A stretch of 63,345 nt of DNA, counting the filler, from Collodictyon triciliatum (taxonomy: Eukaryota), in NCBI GenBank assembly GCA_043381765.1. It is 11 parts of 11 records of this genome, joined end to end, with 100 filler letters (N's around TTAATTAATTAA, not from the genome) between each part and the next. Parts side by side here need not be neighbours in the genome. Positions count along the whole stretch, not along the records: positions 6,252 to 12,398 come from JBHJMP010004674.1; positions 12,499 to 18,646 come from JBHJMP010004675.1; positions 18,747 to 24,894 come from JBHJMP010004676.1; 8 more parts are not named here. The stretch is one strand, 5' to 3'. Below the pieces are notes generated by a model. The model ran no database searches, was not told the origin of the DNA, and saw nothing but the letters and a program-made list of their open reading frames with translations. Made by a program: the position numbers and the translations under genes. Shown here one piece after another: positions 9,813 through 23,337 of this stretch. Position 1 is the first letter of the stretch. Each line of letters opens with the position of its first letter.

Positions 9813-12003
9813 ATGGCAATGCCGTAGTTTTAACCTTTCATATGTTCCACATCTCCCTATTAAGCCTTGTTCTATGTTAGTCTCTCCAGATAGGACTCCA
9901 AGGAACTCTCCGAGCCAAGAGCAACTTGAAGATAATACTCGAACATTACAACCAGTAACAGTAAACTTGTCTTTTTGTATATATCATTAAAATGAAGCTA
10001 AATGGTGAAAAAAAAATAACCAAATATATCATAGGTCGACTCGAAATCGGCTACGGAGCTGACAACTGTTCAACTTGATATTGATTGATGAAAGAAAATC
10101 AACTGCGTGCAAGCCGATAAGAATGAAACATCAAACAAACCAGATAATAAGGAAATAAATATTTCGCACTCACAGCACCGACGCAATCCATGAACAATCT
10201 AGAAAATGGTGTCTATTTTCTTTAACAGGCACAAACTGCGCGATTGTCTTTGCCTTTTTCTTCGGAAGGTGAAATAGGCTGCGTTCGTTGTACCCTTGTC
10301 ACTAGGGAAGTGTTCGCCTATTGTCCGCGCCAATTCAGGCAAACTTTAAAGACACATTGCCTACCGGAGGAAGGAAATCCAAAAATACAAGCATTCTAGC
10401 AAGACAACAGCCCGTTAAAAACATCTATTGATCAGTAAATCTACGAGCTCCAGTCTTTTGTTTTGTTATTTTATTTCCTAGAAGCATGCACATGCGGGCC
10501 ACAAGTGGAATATGATCCAAAGTGCTAAAGGCAAACCACTTTGAACTCCCCACACTTGGACTTAGATGTTTCAACGAGGGTGATTAAGACGCTATTTCAC
10601 TAGCATAATTTTAATACTTATGTTTACTTTCAATATATGTCCGTGTGCTATTTGTGTGCATTTTCTGGGGCGGTACAACTTCACCCTTTTTTTTTTTTCG
10701 AAGGCAAATGCCAGCAGGTTCGGAAGGGTCACGCATACATCTGCACCGCGCCATTAAACATGCCCTACTTCAAACAAGTCTGCTGGAATCACCAAAACCG
10801 TCCGTTTTCGATATGAGTATCCCTCGAAGCTTGCAAGATATGCTCGAAACCATCAGAGATTATGAGGTAGGAGGAAGTGAAAAAAATGCAAGAAAAAACT
10901 GAGAAGTAGGGATAAGAATTGCATTTGTGTAGAGAATAGCTTTTTGGACTGTAAGTTGAACCATTGATTTTCATTTGTACTCCTAAAAATATGACAGCTA
11001 GTGACAGATGATGTTCTTTTCGTTGCTGTTGTTTACATCCAGCGGTATTTGCACAAAACCTCACACTACTTATCCCTCGGAAATGTCCGAGCTTTGTTCC
11101 TCGTTGCGACGCTAGTAGCATCGAAGTTTATAGAAGACATTCCCTTCGACAACCTGACGTGAGTAGACAGCCTTCCTAATATATTTCTTACACGAATAAA
11201 TCTTTGCAAAGAATTGGTTTTCCAACGTGCATATACTCCACTCTGATATAATGATATGATACGTAATCTTTCTGGGGGACTATCCCACATATTAAGATTT
11301 GTTCCACTTTACTTTCGGCTATTTGAACGCCAGAAACTCGGTGACTATGACACGGGGATGCGTTCGAAAGTATCCCCGCTTTTTTACCCCGAGTGTTTAT
11401 TTCTATAATCGAAACGTAGTTTTTCGCGGCTGGCGTGCATTCCCGTAGGACAGGTCAATCAGTTGGAGCTATCGTTTCTACAGTGCCTTGAGTTTAATCT
11501 GAACTTCGCTCCCGACATAATCCAAGGGACTCGCGCTCATCTCTTGTCGCGAGGCTCTGGGGACTGGGCTCTCGGAAGTCAAGGCAGTAAGGTGATGGCG
11601 CAGCTTCGCCTTCCACCAGCCTTGCTGACGCACCCAGTGGGCTCCAAGAAACGGCAGCAGCCTACGAACGTGTGATGCTTTGAGCCCCGTTGTTTGGTCT
11701 CCTGCAATTAAATGGCATAGTTTACTCGTCCGATGGCTTCTTTTCTCTTGTCTTTTCTCGTGCCCTCTCGTTTGCCCCTTCACCTTGCGACTGTGGTGGA
11801 TGGTTTTATTTATATGCCTCACCTGTGATGAAAGGATGAGGGAAAGAAGAAAAGGAGCAGAGGGGGCGACAGAGTTGGGTTGCTTCGGGTGAAATTGGAG
11901 CGGGGTTGTTTCGTGCCTGTGAGGATTTCGGAAACGTAGGCGGGTGGGCTGGCTCGCTTTTGCGGCTCTTTTTCCGGAGTTGTTGTGTGCACATGAGTTG
12001 GGA

Positions 12004-12201
12004 TTACATGGAGGGATATGCAGGACCGCCTCCGCCTTCGGGAGTGGTCCAGTCGATGTTCTGGTTGGGGTCTTTGATGTCGCAGGTCTTGCAGTGGAGG
12101 CAGTTTTGCGAGTTGATTTGAAGCTGCTTCTGTCCCTTTCCGTCATCAACATACTCGTACACACCCGCGGGGCAGAATCGTTGCTCCAGTCCAGCGTACA
12201 C
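12004..12201 (-). CDS. ETFDH: Electron transfer flavoprotein-ubiquinone oxidoreductase, last exon (4Fe-4S domain), partial
   Basis: [11 protein letters not shown]...[35 protein letters not shown]; acceptor tctcag precedes the exon. Confidence 0.93.
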   Translation of the reverse strand: MYAGLEQRFCPAGVYEYVDDGKGQKQLQINSQNCLHCKTCDIKDPNQNIDWTTPEGGGGPAYPSM

Positions 12202-12313
12202 CTGAGATACCAGCATGTGAAGAATCAAATGAGTTTCTAACATCATGTGCTAGAGATTGAGATGTGTAGGTAACATGTATTGATGTTTGAAAGAAAAAAA
12301 TGTATGCTGAGGT

Positions 12314-12660
12314 TCTTTTTTTCTTTTTTTTCTTTTTTTCTTTTTTTCTTTTTTTCTTTTTTTCTTTTTTTCTTTTTTTCTTTTTTTCTTTTTTTCTTNN
12401 NNNNNNNNNNNNNNNNNNNNNNNNNNNNNNNNNNNNNNNNNNTTAATTAATTAANNNNNNNNNNNNNNNNNNNNNNNNNNNNNNNNNNNNNNNNNNNNAA
12501 AAAAAAAAAACAAAAAAAAAAAAAAAAAAAACAATAAAAAACAATAAAAAACAATAAAAAACAATAAAAAACAATAAAAAACAATAAAAACAATAAAAAA
12601 CAATAAAAAACCATAAAAAACCGTAAAAAACCATAAAAACAATAATAAAAAAAAAAGAAA
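12314..12660. repeat. (TTTTTTTC)n and (AAAAAACAAT)n tracts on either side of a linker
   Basis: Direct inspection. Confidence 0.9.
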
Positions 12661-12705
12661 CCAACAATTAAGCATACACTGATTATCTCCAACTACAGTT
12701 GAAGG

Positions 12706-15700
12706 ATGCACCTGTCGGGCACCAAATCCGCCTCTGCAGCCACACCACATCGACCATACTCGACTCTCAGCCCACCCTCCGCAGCCACAGCACACCGAAT
12801 CCCACTGCACACTCTCACGCAAAACGGGCCGCACCATTCGCCCCACTTTACATCTCAAAGCCCCATCCAAAGCCCCATCCAAAGCCCCATCCAAAGCCCG
12901 CGCTTCATTGCCGCTCGCCACACAGAGTCCGCAATCCACCCCTCCCCACGCAATCACACATCACGACAAAGCAACATGCCCATCACAATCGACCCATACC
13001 ACATCCACAACCAAAGTCCACGCGGCACAGCACCGCATCAATCAACCGAGCCGCTGCCCACAAAGTCGGCCCAATCACACGCATTCATCACAAAGAGCGC
13101 CACAGTTTCTGTGATTCAAAGGCCCGCCGATTCCCGCACGAGCCATCACGCATATCAGCTGCAGCCACCAGCGCGGAATCCCGCCAGCGAGCAAAGTTCA
13201 TCCTTTCTGATTGGATCACAATCGGCCTCTGCCTTCTATCGCCAAAGTCTATCAAGCAAGTTGCAGAGCTCCTTACTGCCTCCCGAGCCGTCCTATCGCA
13301 CAAGCTCGCCAGAACACAGAAGCCATCACGCTTCTCCGCTCCGTGGGAATCTGGACCAGGGAAATCTGTCAGGCGAGCACACACAGAAATCCAATCCGCA
13401 AGCGCATCCCCAACGGAGTTCTGCCCCGCCCACGTCGGTTCTTCCAATCTACCGGAAGATCCGTGCAGATCCGATCCGAATGCCCCAGGATATATCCCCT
13501 TTGGACGAATCGGCGGCGACGATTTATGAAGCAGAGCCGCACGCAATCACACCCGTGTCCGATTATCAAAGATATCAGGATGAGCCGGTCAATCGTGCAG
13601 ACCTGATCACAACTTGTGGAGTAGACGAGCCTGTTTTGATGCAGGCTGCTACACCAGTGAAGTCCTTGGAGGTCGATGCAATTAAGGAATCGCAAAACGG
13701 GCATCCAAGCCAAGAGGTTCTAATCACTGGCACAAAGGCCGGCGGAAAGGAATCATCAGACCGCGGGGCAGTGGCAGAAATGATCAAACCAAATATACTG
13801 CAGGATGACTCTAATCACGCAATGTCGCAGTCAGCAGCAAAAGCAAATCCCAAAGACCAGTTCTTTTCTGCATCCAGTTTTGTGTTCAAGAATCATATTT
13901 TATCTCACATATTGATTTATATATATTTTCGATAAAAAGAAGAAAAATACTCGCAGCTTATTCTTTCTTTTTTTTTTATGTCAAGCAAAGATTTACGCAG
14001 GAAACGCGCCCCGACAATGCTTGCTATTCTTACCAGCGTTTCCTCTTTTTTTTTTCTCTCTCCATTATTTCGATTGTTATTCATAGCCTTTTCTCTCTTT
14101 TCTAGGTTTAGAAAAATACTCGATTATTTCAATGGTGGGCGAAGGTGCACAGGGCTTCGTTTGGAAAGGATTCCGAAAAAACACGGATGCGATGGTGAAG
14201 AAACGCCTCAGATTAATACACATATTTGATGAACATAGATTGATAAAATAAGTATAAAAAACAAAAAAACAAAAAACAAAACAAACCAGGTTGCCTTCAA
14301 GGTCATCGACGGCTCCACAAAACATGCCACTGCAAAGTTCATCATGCATCGAGAGGGCTGCATCCTGTCTCGGATATGTCATCCACATATCATCCAGTTC
14401 CACGAGGTGAGTCTGTTTGACATGAAATACAGTCACAGATATCATCGATGGATTCTACCTTCATCAACCTTACATTCAGGAAATAGGAAAAGAAAAAAGA
14501 CAAAGAAAAAAGACAAAGAAAAAAAAGGGAATCAAGTCTTTCTACATTTCTATTTCCTATGTGGCTTCATCTTCATCATCACCATCATCATCACCATAGC
14601 TGATTATGGACGAATCATCGCCACTCCTCTACCTGGTGACCGACTATGTGCATGGGTCCAATCTCCGCGAGTATCTTCTGCACTACGGCATCCTGTCGGA
14701 CAGCGTCACGAAAAAGATTGCGGGCCAAATCCTCGATGCCCTTGCGTATCTCCACGCACACTGCGTCGTCCACCGCGACGTGAAGCCCGAAAACATCATC
14801 GTCACAAAGTCCCGCGATGTGAAGCTCTGCGACTTTGGATTCAGCGCCATTGCCGCGTCCACCACAGAAGGGTTGTTTGCCCCGTGTGGAACAATCGGAT
14901 ACATCGCCCCGGAGGTATATTCACCCAGAAAGAAACAGATATATATTCCCATATTTACATATATACATGTGGAATTACTGTGTCTCTTGATGCGTTTCGT
15001 TTTTGTTTTTGGAGGTGAATTGTTTGGATATTTGATAATCCTTGCTCCTTTTTCATTTTTAATGAATAAATAACCGAATGGGTAATAATCAATATGACGC
15101 ATCTATTTGCATCGCAAACTGTCCCTATCTGACTTGAAAGCACAGATTCTGTTCAGAAGGACGTACGGGACGTCTGTGGACATTTGGAGCTTTGGTGTGG
15201 TTCTCTATTACCTTCTTTGCGGTTCGCTCCCGCTCGACAAAAACTGGCACGAGAAACACAAGTTCGTATACAAAGACGCGCGCCCTGTTCCGGCCACGTA
15301 TCCCCTTCATATGTCGACAGGTGCGTTGTTTTCGAACCCCCTCTACAAATACAAGTATTGAAAATAAATGGATTGAAGTCACATCGACATAAATGACGGG
15401 GCTGCATGGAAATGATAACCCATTCACACACAATAATAAGAATAACAATAAGAATAACAATAAGAATAACAATAAGAATAATAATAGTAATGATAATAAT
15501 GATAATATAACGCGGACATGAAATTGAAACAAAGTGCCCACCCAGTCGCACAGAGTCTCATCAGTCGGATGCTCGTTGTGGATCCGGTTGTGCGAATCCG
15601 AGCCGAGGAGATCCGCGCCCATCCGTGGCTTTCCGGACACGTCAGCGGCCCGCCGAAGTTCAAGGCTCTGATGGTTCCGCGATGCACACCGCCGCGGAAG

Positions 15701-15775
15701 ACTTGGATGCTGTCGATTCATCCGCTGCTGCATCTCCTGATGGGCGGACTCGGGCTCAACAGCACGATTGCCTGA
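12706..15775 (+). CDS. CAMK-group Ser/Thr protein kinase with a long S/P/H/Q-rich N-terminus (start uncertain)
   Basis: Exons give YSIISMVGEGAQGFVWKG, VAFKVID, HPHIIQFHE, HRDVKPEN, VKLCDFG, CGTIGYIAPE, VDIWSFGVVLY and LISRMLVVDP..R..AEEIRAHPW. Confidence 0.88.
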
Positions 15776-16073
15776 TTGACTGGATTTCAGGAGTGTGCGT
15801 GTATGTATGTGTGTGTGTGCAGCGAGACCCGCCGTCCGCAGCATTTATTTGTACGCTTGATTTATTGATTGCTCGATTGATGTTTGTTTAGAAGAATAAA
15901 TAGTCACATGTGAGAAAAATGGCACAAAGATAAAAGGAACTACGTAGGACAATAACGAACCAACCAAAAAGAAAAAGATCGCAAACCAGAATATTGAAAA
16001 AAAAAGGATCAATAAAAGAAAAATGAGAGAAAAAAACAAAAACAAAAAGGAAAGTTGCAGCTCAGAGCCCATG

Positions 16074-18646
16074 TCAGCTTTTGAGCTCGTAGCACTGCGT
16101 CGTTTTTGGGTCGATGAAGCAGTTGAGGGTAGTGTCGTATACTACATCCAGAACGTCGGGATACGCCCGGGCCGGAATCTTTGTGATGGGGTTTCGTGCT
16201 CCGTTTGAGTTTGAGCGAGCCCTGCATAGTAGTGAAACTTTTAATTATTATTTTTTTTTAAAAAAAAATCACAGAAAAGAAAAACAGAACAAAACACAGA
16301 AAAAAAAACAACAATATACACATTCAAATGACATATGTTGTTCACCGATGGCTGAGTGGAGGGCGTCTCCCAGGCGGTATAATGGGTGGAGTGAACGCAC
16401 GCGACGCTCTACGTCGAATTAGATGAGATGTGAGCTTCATTATCATACCGAAATTCGTGAACGAGGCGTAAAATAAGGCATCGGGCCAATTGAACATAGA
16501 GATAAGAACAGAAAGAATGGGCCTGGTTGCAAAGAGAAAGAGATTCCTGATATTACCTGTAGTTTGGAGCTTCCTGAGGTGTTGCAGCGGAGATATTGCG
16601 AATGGAAGTAAGCCCATTTGGATGCGTAATGTCGTCGTTGGTAGTGGTATTCGTGGCTGCATTGAGTGCGGCTGGAAATAATGATTGCTCGGAGACGCTG
16701 TTTCCGTGGTTGAATGTAATTGATTATAATAGATGAGCAAATGATTGAAAAGAAGGATGCTATGCGTCTGATTGAGAAGGACGATAGGAAATAAAAGTGC
16801 TGACTGAGAAGACGAAAAAGGGCGAAATGAAAATAGTTCAAGAGAGAAAAAAATAATCGTTATGCACAAACCTCCAGTTCTCTCGATTCTCGTTGCCAAT
16901 ATAAGAAACACCCTCAACAGGACCGCGTTTAAGAGAGTCTGCTTCGTCGCTGTCTGATTCGCAGGATGACGAGGACGAGCTTGAGACACCATCCAAGACA
17001 TTGTCCTCAGCCTCGATGCGCTCTTCAAGCTTGACGCACATGGGGGCAATTCTGAATCAGGGAAATACCATCCAATTAATTATCAAATTTTTTAAAGGTA
17101 TTATGAGATACGAAAGACAAATGAAGCGCTCATCATTTATCAATAGATTGCCACTTTTTGTACAGAGATGTCACATCGATTGCTTTGTGAGACAAGACAG
17201 GCGCAAGCTCCAATGGCAGGTCTGCTTTCGTGGGTGTTTTTTTTACCTGAAAAAAAAAGAAGAAAAAAGTGCCATGATATCGATTAAATGGTGGGGTTTT
17301 TTTTTGTTTCTGTTGCGATAGCTGGACGAATACAAATATTCTGTGTTTGTTTTTGGTTGTTGTCGACAAATATTCACATTCGACTCTTCGACTTTATCCT
17401 GAGTTGGGATGTTGAGGGCTGGGAGCGGAATGCTATCGAATTGACTCCTCTCTGACTGCATCGTGATGGTTTCCCGCGGAATGTGGGTAAAGGTTGCCCT
17501 ACAGTAAAATTAATTGCATGTTATATTCTATGATTATCCCGTGGCAGATTCTAACATTCCACGACATGTGATACCAGCGTTTTAGTTCAAATATATATAA
17601 AACATGTGAAAATCGATAGAGGAAAGGCGACCATTTATCATGATTTAATCCTTTGAAAGACTTATTTATGCATGAATTTAGATATTTAAACAAAACATAA
17701 TATACTTCAAGAGCGAGCGACTGAAAGGTTGCTTATGCTCCAGAAGTCCAGAGTCGTCAGAATCCAGGGAACCAATTGGTGTGTGAGTAGATTTGACAGG
17801 GCTAATTGAACCAGAGCGGTGAGCACCATCTCCTTTTGAAAAAGAGGGTTGTCCAGACGAGGACGACGGAATAGATGATGGAGCCATCGCGGGGAGTGGA
17901 TTCACTAGGTGGTGAATTCAGGTTGTTACAAGTAGGATTACTAAGCCTTTCCACAATTACAATAGTGAGGATTGATACAAAAAGTGTTTCGAACAAAGAG
18001 TTTGAAGGCGATTTGTTTTCTCTCAATAAACTGTTGAAAAGAAACCAAAAAAAAAGTTTGAAGGCGATAATGTATTTGGAATCGATTATTGGCGATGTAT
18101 AGCTGTTCTTACATCCACGGAACCGTGAGGGTCGCCGTTTTGGTGGGCTTTGCCATGTTGTGTTCTGTTACGAATAGTTGATGTGTAAAAGGATTTAAAA
18201 GCATGCTCTTTCGATCGCTGATTAGAGGAGAGCATAAATACTTGCCTCACAATCAGATATTTTGCCGAGCTTGGACGGTTTAGGCCCTGTTTGCAAAAGT
18301 CGAGACAAATGAAGATAAGACAAATCGAAAATATCAGAATAAGTGAACTCTAGGCAGAAACTTACTTTTCTTTTGGGAATAATTGTGAAATTGATTGACC
18401 TCTGTTTGATTATTTATTATAAAAAAAACTAACCTAAAGAGGCTTTTCTAACAAGGGAGGGAAGAGGAAGTATCTCGGAAGAGAATGTCTTTGGCGCTCC
18501 TTTTGTAGTTTGATGTTAAAAAGACAGAAATTTAACATTTTGGTGATTATTTTCCGTTTGATAGATTGTACATCGAAAGCAAACCTATTGACTCAGCTGT
18601 CTCAGTTGGAAAGGCAATTGAAGCACAATACTTTTGAATCTTCTGC
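16074..18646 (-). CDS. CFAP20DC/C3orf67-like protein, C-terminal part (5' truncated)
   Basis: The last exon reads ...PDVLDVVYDTTLNCFIDPKTTQCYELKS*, resembling the YDP.LNC.FDP.T..YYEL tail of this family. It is preceded by several low-complexity S/D/P-rich exons. Confidence 0.55.
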
Positions 18647-18746
18647 NNNNNNNNNNNNNNNNNNNNNNNNNNNNNNNNNNNNNNNNNNNNTTAATTAATT
18701 AANNNNNNNNNNNNNNNNNNNNNNNNNNNNNNNNNNNNNNNNNNNN

Positions 18747-18870
18747 GATTTGGATTTGGATTTGGATTTGGATTTGGATTTGGATTTGGATTTGGATTTG
18801 GATTTGGATTTGGATTTGGATTTGGATTTGGATTTGGATTTGGATTTTGATTTGGATTTTGATTTGGATT
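18747..18870. repeat. (GATTTG)n microsatellite
   Basis: Direct inspection. Confidence 0.95.
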
Positions 18871-18949
18871 TAATTCTGATTTAATTTTATAATTTCATAT
18901 TGAAATTTATACAATTATTCATAGTTTTGGTGAATAATCATTTACAATA

Positions 18950-20045
18950 GCCAGTATATCTCTGCGTCCACTCAACAACACATTCTTTTTTAGGTCAACA
19001 TTATTTAAAGAAACGAAAGCCTCTCGTGTGGTCGAAATCAAGGCCATGATTAATATAAGAAATCCAGCAAATAATACACCCTTCATTTTGTTTGACACCG
19101 CCTCAGTGTTGCAATTTTCTGAGGGCTCCGAGGAGAGTGATTTTAGTCCTTCCTTGGAGAATATGCCTAGCAAAGAAGAGGAAGAAGCGGTTGCTCTGAA
19201 CAAACCCGGCGAGCAGGGTACGGTCTCCTCTCTGTCCCGGTGGCTTTGGGCTGCGATTGACCGCGGCATCTCATTGTGGGACACCATCGTGCGTCGTGTT
19301 ATGATGGGCGGTATGTGAGGTTCTTTACAAATGCACAAGGTCGAATTTTGTCCAATTTTCCTGTTCAATATCAACCATTGTAATAACATGCATGCCCTCA
19401 AATCACAGCTGAACACAGTTTGATGCCCTCCATCAGTACGTTTGTCGAGAGTCCGTATGAAGAAGAGAGTAACAAAGCTGACGCTGAGATTGCTATGCTG
19501 AAGCCTACATCAGTGAATCATCCACACCATTTCCTCTGCGGGGGGATGATTTCAGCAACCCATAGAAGCGCTTTTCATCACCAGAAATTATTTGCGCTTG
19601 ACTCCGATGCTCGAGCTCGCATGGCCAGCCTTATCCGAAGCTTTGGCCACGTTCCGAGGGAGGAAATCAAGCCGGACATATCCAAGGAGGCTTCGATCAA
19701 AAGACTGCTCCATATTCACTCTGTTTGGCTCGAGATTGTCTGGTCCGGTGGCTTCGCAGACATCAGCTTAGCAGTCCACGAGTTGCGCTGGTATCGGTGA
19801 TGGCGAAAAATTAACAAAATAAAAAATATCATATAAACTCATCATACCTTTTTTTTCCAAAGTTCTAAACTCAAAATCCTGCCGAATTTCTCGCATTTGG
19901 CTTTCCAATTATGGGAGCATGAGACCGAAACGGGGCATCTATTAATAGGGATGCACCTTATCTGCAAAGCTATCGCAATCTCAATGACCAAAACGGGATG
20001 GATTACGATCTTGTGGTTCAGAATCCAAAACTGGATGGTCTATTA
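18950..20045 (+). CDS. 3' exons of an unidentified protein-coding gene
   Basis: Open, coding-like blocks (19028-19311, ~19420-19796, ~19863-20045) with plausible GT/AG ends; no motif recognised. Confidence 0.35.
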
Positions 20046-21271
20046 ATAGAATTTTATTATATGTGGAAAATATAATATAGTTAATTTTTTCTTTGTAGTA
20101 ACAGTTTTAAGCACAAATAATTCGCAAAGTAGCATATTCAAATATATTCATGCATTATAATACATCTTATGTAACCTCTTTAACATGCCTGTTCAATGGA
20201 TTGAGCTAGTTATCATAAGCTTAGTTGGTAGCTAACCACGCCGTTCGAAATTCCAGAAATGGATAACAATAATTTTATCCTAATGTAGCAGCAGGACTCG
20301 CTCTGTTGATTTCAACCGCACACCAAATGAGCCCATGAAACAATCGCAGAAAAAGCCCAAATATATGCATTAATAGAAAATATCAAGTTTTCTTAAATAT
20401 ATCACCAATTACGGGTTTAAATAGTTTGATAAAAGGCACGTATCCATATTAATTCAATTTCCATTTTAAGAATACTATATAGACAGGAAAACAAGCGGAG
20501 AGAAAAAGCAAAGCGCGAGTTGACAAAACACAAATTTCCAAACAATTCGACATCCAATGAAAAAGATTCATTTCCATTAGGGAGAAACCTTGTTGAATAA
20601 CACAAGACTCGCGAGAATTGTTTTTTCTAAATGAAATATTCAAAGGAAAAAACCACATAAAAAAGCCAAAGCGAACGCAAACTAAGCGCATTAGCAAATA
20701 TCGAGGCGAACAATCCGAAAACAACGTGATTTCAAAGCCAATCGAACCCGCGGAGATATCCCAGCCATCGGTTCACTCAGCCGTCGATTCTATCGGCCAT
20801 TTCGGTCCTGCGCCTGCACCAAACGAAACGGGAGATTTCAAACATGAGCATCGACCATCAAANNNNNNNNNNNNNNNNNNNNNNNNNNNNNNNNNNNNNN
20901 NNNNNNNNNNNNNNNNNNNNNNNNNNNNNNNNNNNNNNNNNNNNNNNNNNNNNNNNNNNNNNNNNNNNNNNNNNNNNNNNNNNNNNNNNNNNNNNNNNNN
21001 NNNNNNNNNNNNNNNNNNNNNNNNNNNNNNNNNNNNNNNNNNNNNNNNNNNNNNNNNNNNNNNNNNNNNNNNNNNNNNNNNNNNNNNNNNNNNNNNNNNN
21101 NNNNNNNNNNNNNNNNNNNNNNNNNNNNNNNNNNNNNNNNNNNNNNNNNNNNNNNNNNNNNNNNNNNNNNNNNNNNNNNNNNNNNNNNNNNNNNNNNNNN
21201 NNNNNNNNNNNNNNNNNNNNNNNNNNNNNNNNNNNNNNNNNNNNNNNNNNNNNNNNNNAGCTTATGTCATG

Positions 21272-21487
21272 AAAACACAAAAACACAAAAACACAAAAAC
21301 ATAAAAACACAAAAACATAAAAACATAAAAACATAAAAACACAAAAACACAAAAACATAAAAACACAAAAACATAAAAACACAAAAACATAAAAACATAA
21401 AAACATAAAAACATAAAAACATAAAAACATAAAAACATAAAAACATAAAAACATAAAAACACAAAAAACACAAAAAACACAAAAACA
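21272..21487. repeat. (AAAAACAY)n microsatellite next to an internal N gap (20863-21258)
   Basis: Direct inspection. Confidence 0.95.
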
Positions 21488-21544
21488 CGAGTCGCACCCA
21501 AGTGTTTACACGCACTTGCAACCCCAGACAACAGAAGCCGGAGA

Positions 21545-23295
21545 ATGAGCGACGACTCCGCCAAGCAAACGGCGACAGACTTTCTGGGGACCTTTGCCAC
21601 ATACCAGAAGCGCGGACAAAACGCAGGACCAAACACGCGGCCGGCAGCGCGCCTTTCTCTCTCCGAACCAAGTCCATCGCCCGGGCCAAACGCAACGCCT
21701 CCACTGCACTCGCAATCCATTTCGCCCTCAACTTCACCTTCACCTTCGCCTTCGCCTTCGCCTTTGCCTTTGCCTTTGGCCCCAAACAGCACCGAAACGT
21801 CCCCAACACTAATGGGACACGCCGCCGCCTTGACCACGGATCCGGCCCTGCTTACGTCTCTGCCGCTGTTTATCCCGGCCAACGCAACGCTGACCAACAC
21901 TCACTCACTCAAACCACACTTCCGGCGCGTCCACGAAGCCGGGCCGGGCTTTGGTTCGGACTATGACTCGGGCATCGGCGTTGGGATTGGGACTGGGATT
22001 CCGGCTGGTTTGGCTGCCGCGATGGACATCGACCCCGCACACGGAGTCGACAGCGGCAATGCAGACCGGATTGAAGCGGCTGCCGAGTGCAAAGCGGCTG
22101 CGATTGTGCCGATCCTCAAAGTGCCAAAGAAGTGGCCGTCCTTTGCAGAGACCGGCCATCGCGCATCCCATCCGGAAATCCGCATCACAAACGAAGCCAG
22201 TGACTCGGGGTCCGGCGCAGAGACAGACGCAGATGCAGCAGCAAGACAGGCCGATGCCCTTGCCATCAGTCTGCGCAAGGCGAGCGGGCGCTTTCTGGGG
22301 CTGGCCTTGCCCGAACCCATGGGCCATGCAGCAGACTCCGACTCGCACTTGGATCCGAATCAGAGCCCAAGCCCTAGTCCGAGCCCCAGCGTCCGGTCGC
22401 ACCAGCGGGAGATGCAGAGCAAGAATCTTGCTGCAGACGTGACGGATCCACATGAGCTCGGCTCACTTCACCCCACAAACACGGCACCTACAAAAGTGAA
22501 CGCCATTCCAAACCTGAATCAGTTTGATCCATTCCTGAACGCAGCAACCTTTATGGACGAGATTCATTCCGTGGTCTACCCGCTCACAATATTGAATCCA
22601 AATCAGATGTTTCATCAGTACTGGGACATGTTTATGATGATCATCATCCTGTACAACGCAGTCACCATCCCCATGCAGGTTGCTTTCCCAGTGCTCATCA
22701 CCCCGGGCGTCAGGGCCACAGAAATCTTCTTCAACATTTGCTTCATGATTGACATTGTTATCAACTTCCGCACAGCTTACGTCGACAGAGGTGTTGTGGT
22801 GGTGGACGGCCGGCTGATTGCCAGACAATATCTCACCACGTGGTTCTTTGTAGACTTCTTCTCGGCCATCCCGTACGACTGGATCATCGATCAGTTTACG
22901 GAATCAAACAATCTCTCTCGGCTGCCCCGTTTGATTCGCATGGTGCGTTTAATCAGACTCTTTCGGCTGGTGCGCGTCTTTAGACTCGTCAGAGTTTTTC
23001 AAAAGTGGTTTTCGCACATTCGCCTCAATCAACTTGCTCTTCGTGTTGTCAAGCTCGTTTTCATCCTGTTTTGCATATCCCACTACGCCGCTTGCGGTTG
23101 GGTCTTTGTTAGCACCATAGAAGACCCTGATTATACCTGGTGGTCGTTCTACGATAGAAAGACTTACCAGGATAACACAGTCAGCTCTCGATATCTGAGT
23201 GCTCTTCATTGGGCTGTCACCACCATAACGACGGTTGGATACGGGGACATTGTGCCGAAGGTATTACTAAATATAATTGATATAATCATACAGTA

Positions 23296-23337
<42 letters not shown>

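Noticed and set aside
11680-11700. Minus-strand ACCAAACAACGGGGCTCA resembling the RNase MRP CR-V motif
   Set aside because: I found no matching CR-I (GAAAGUCCCC) partner upstream on that strand.
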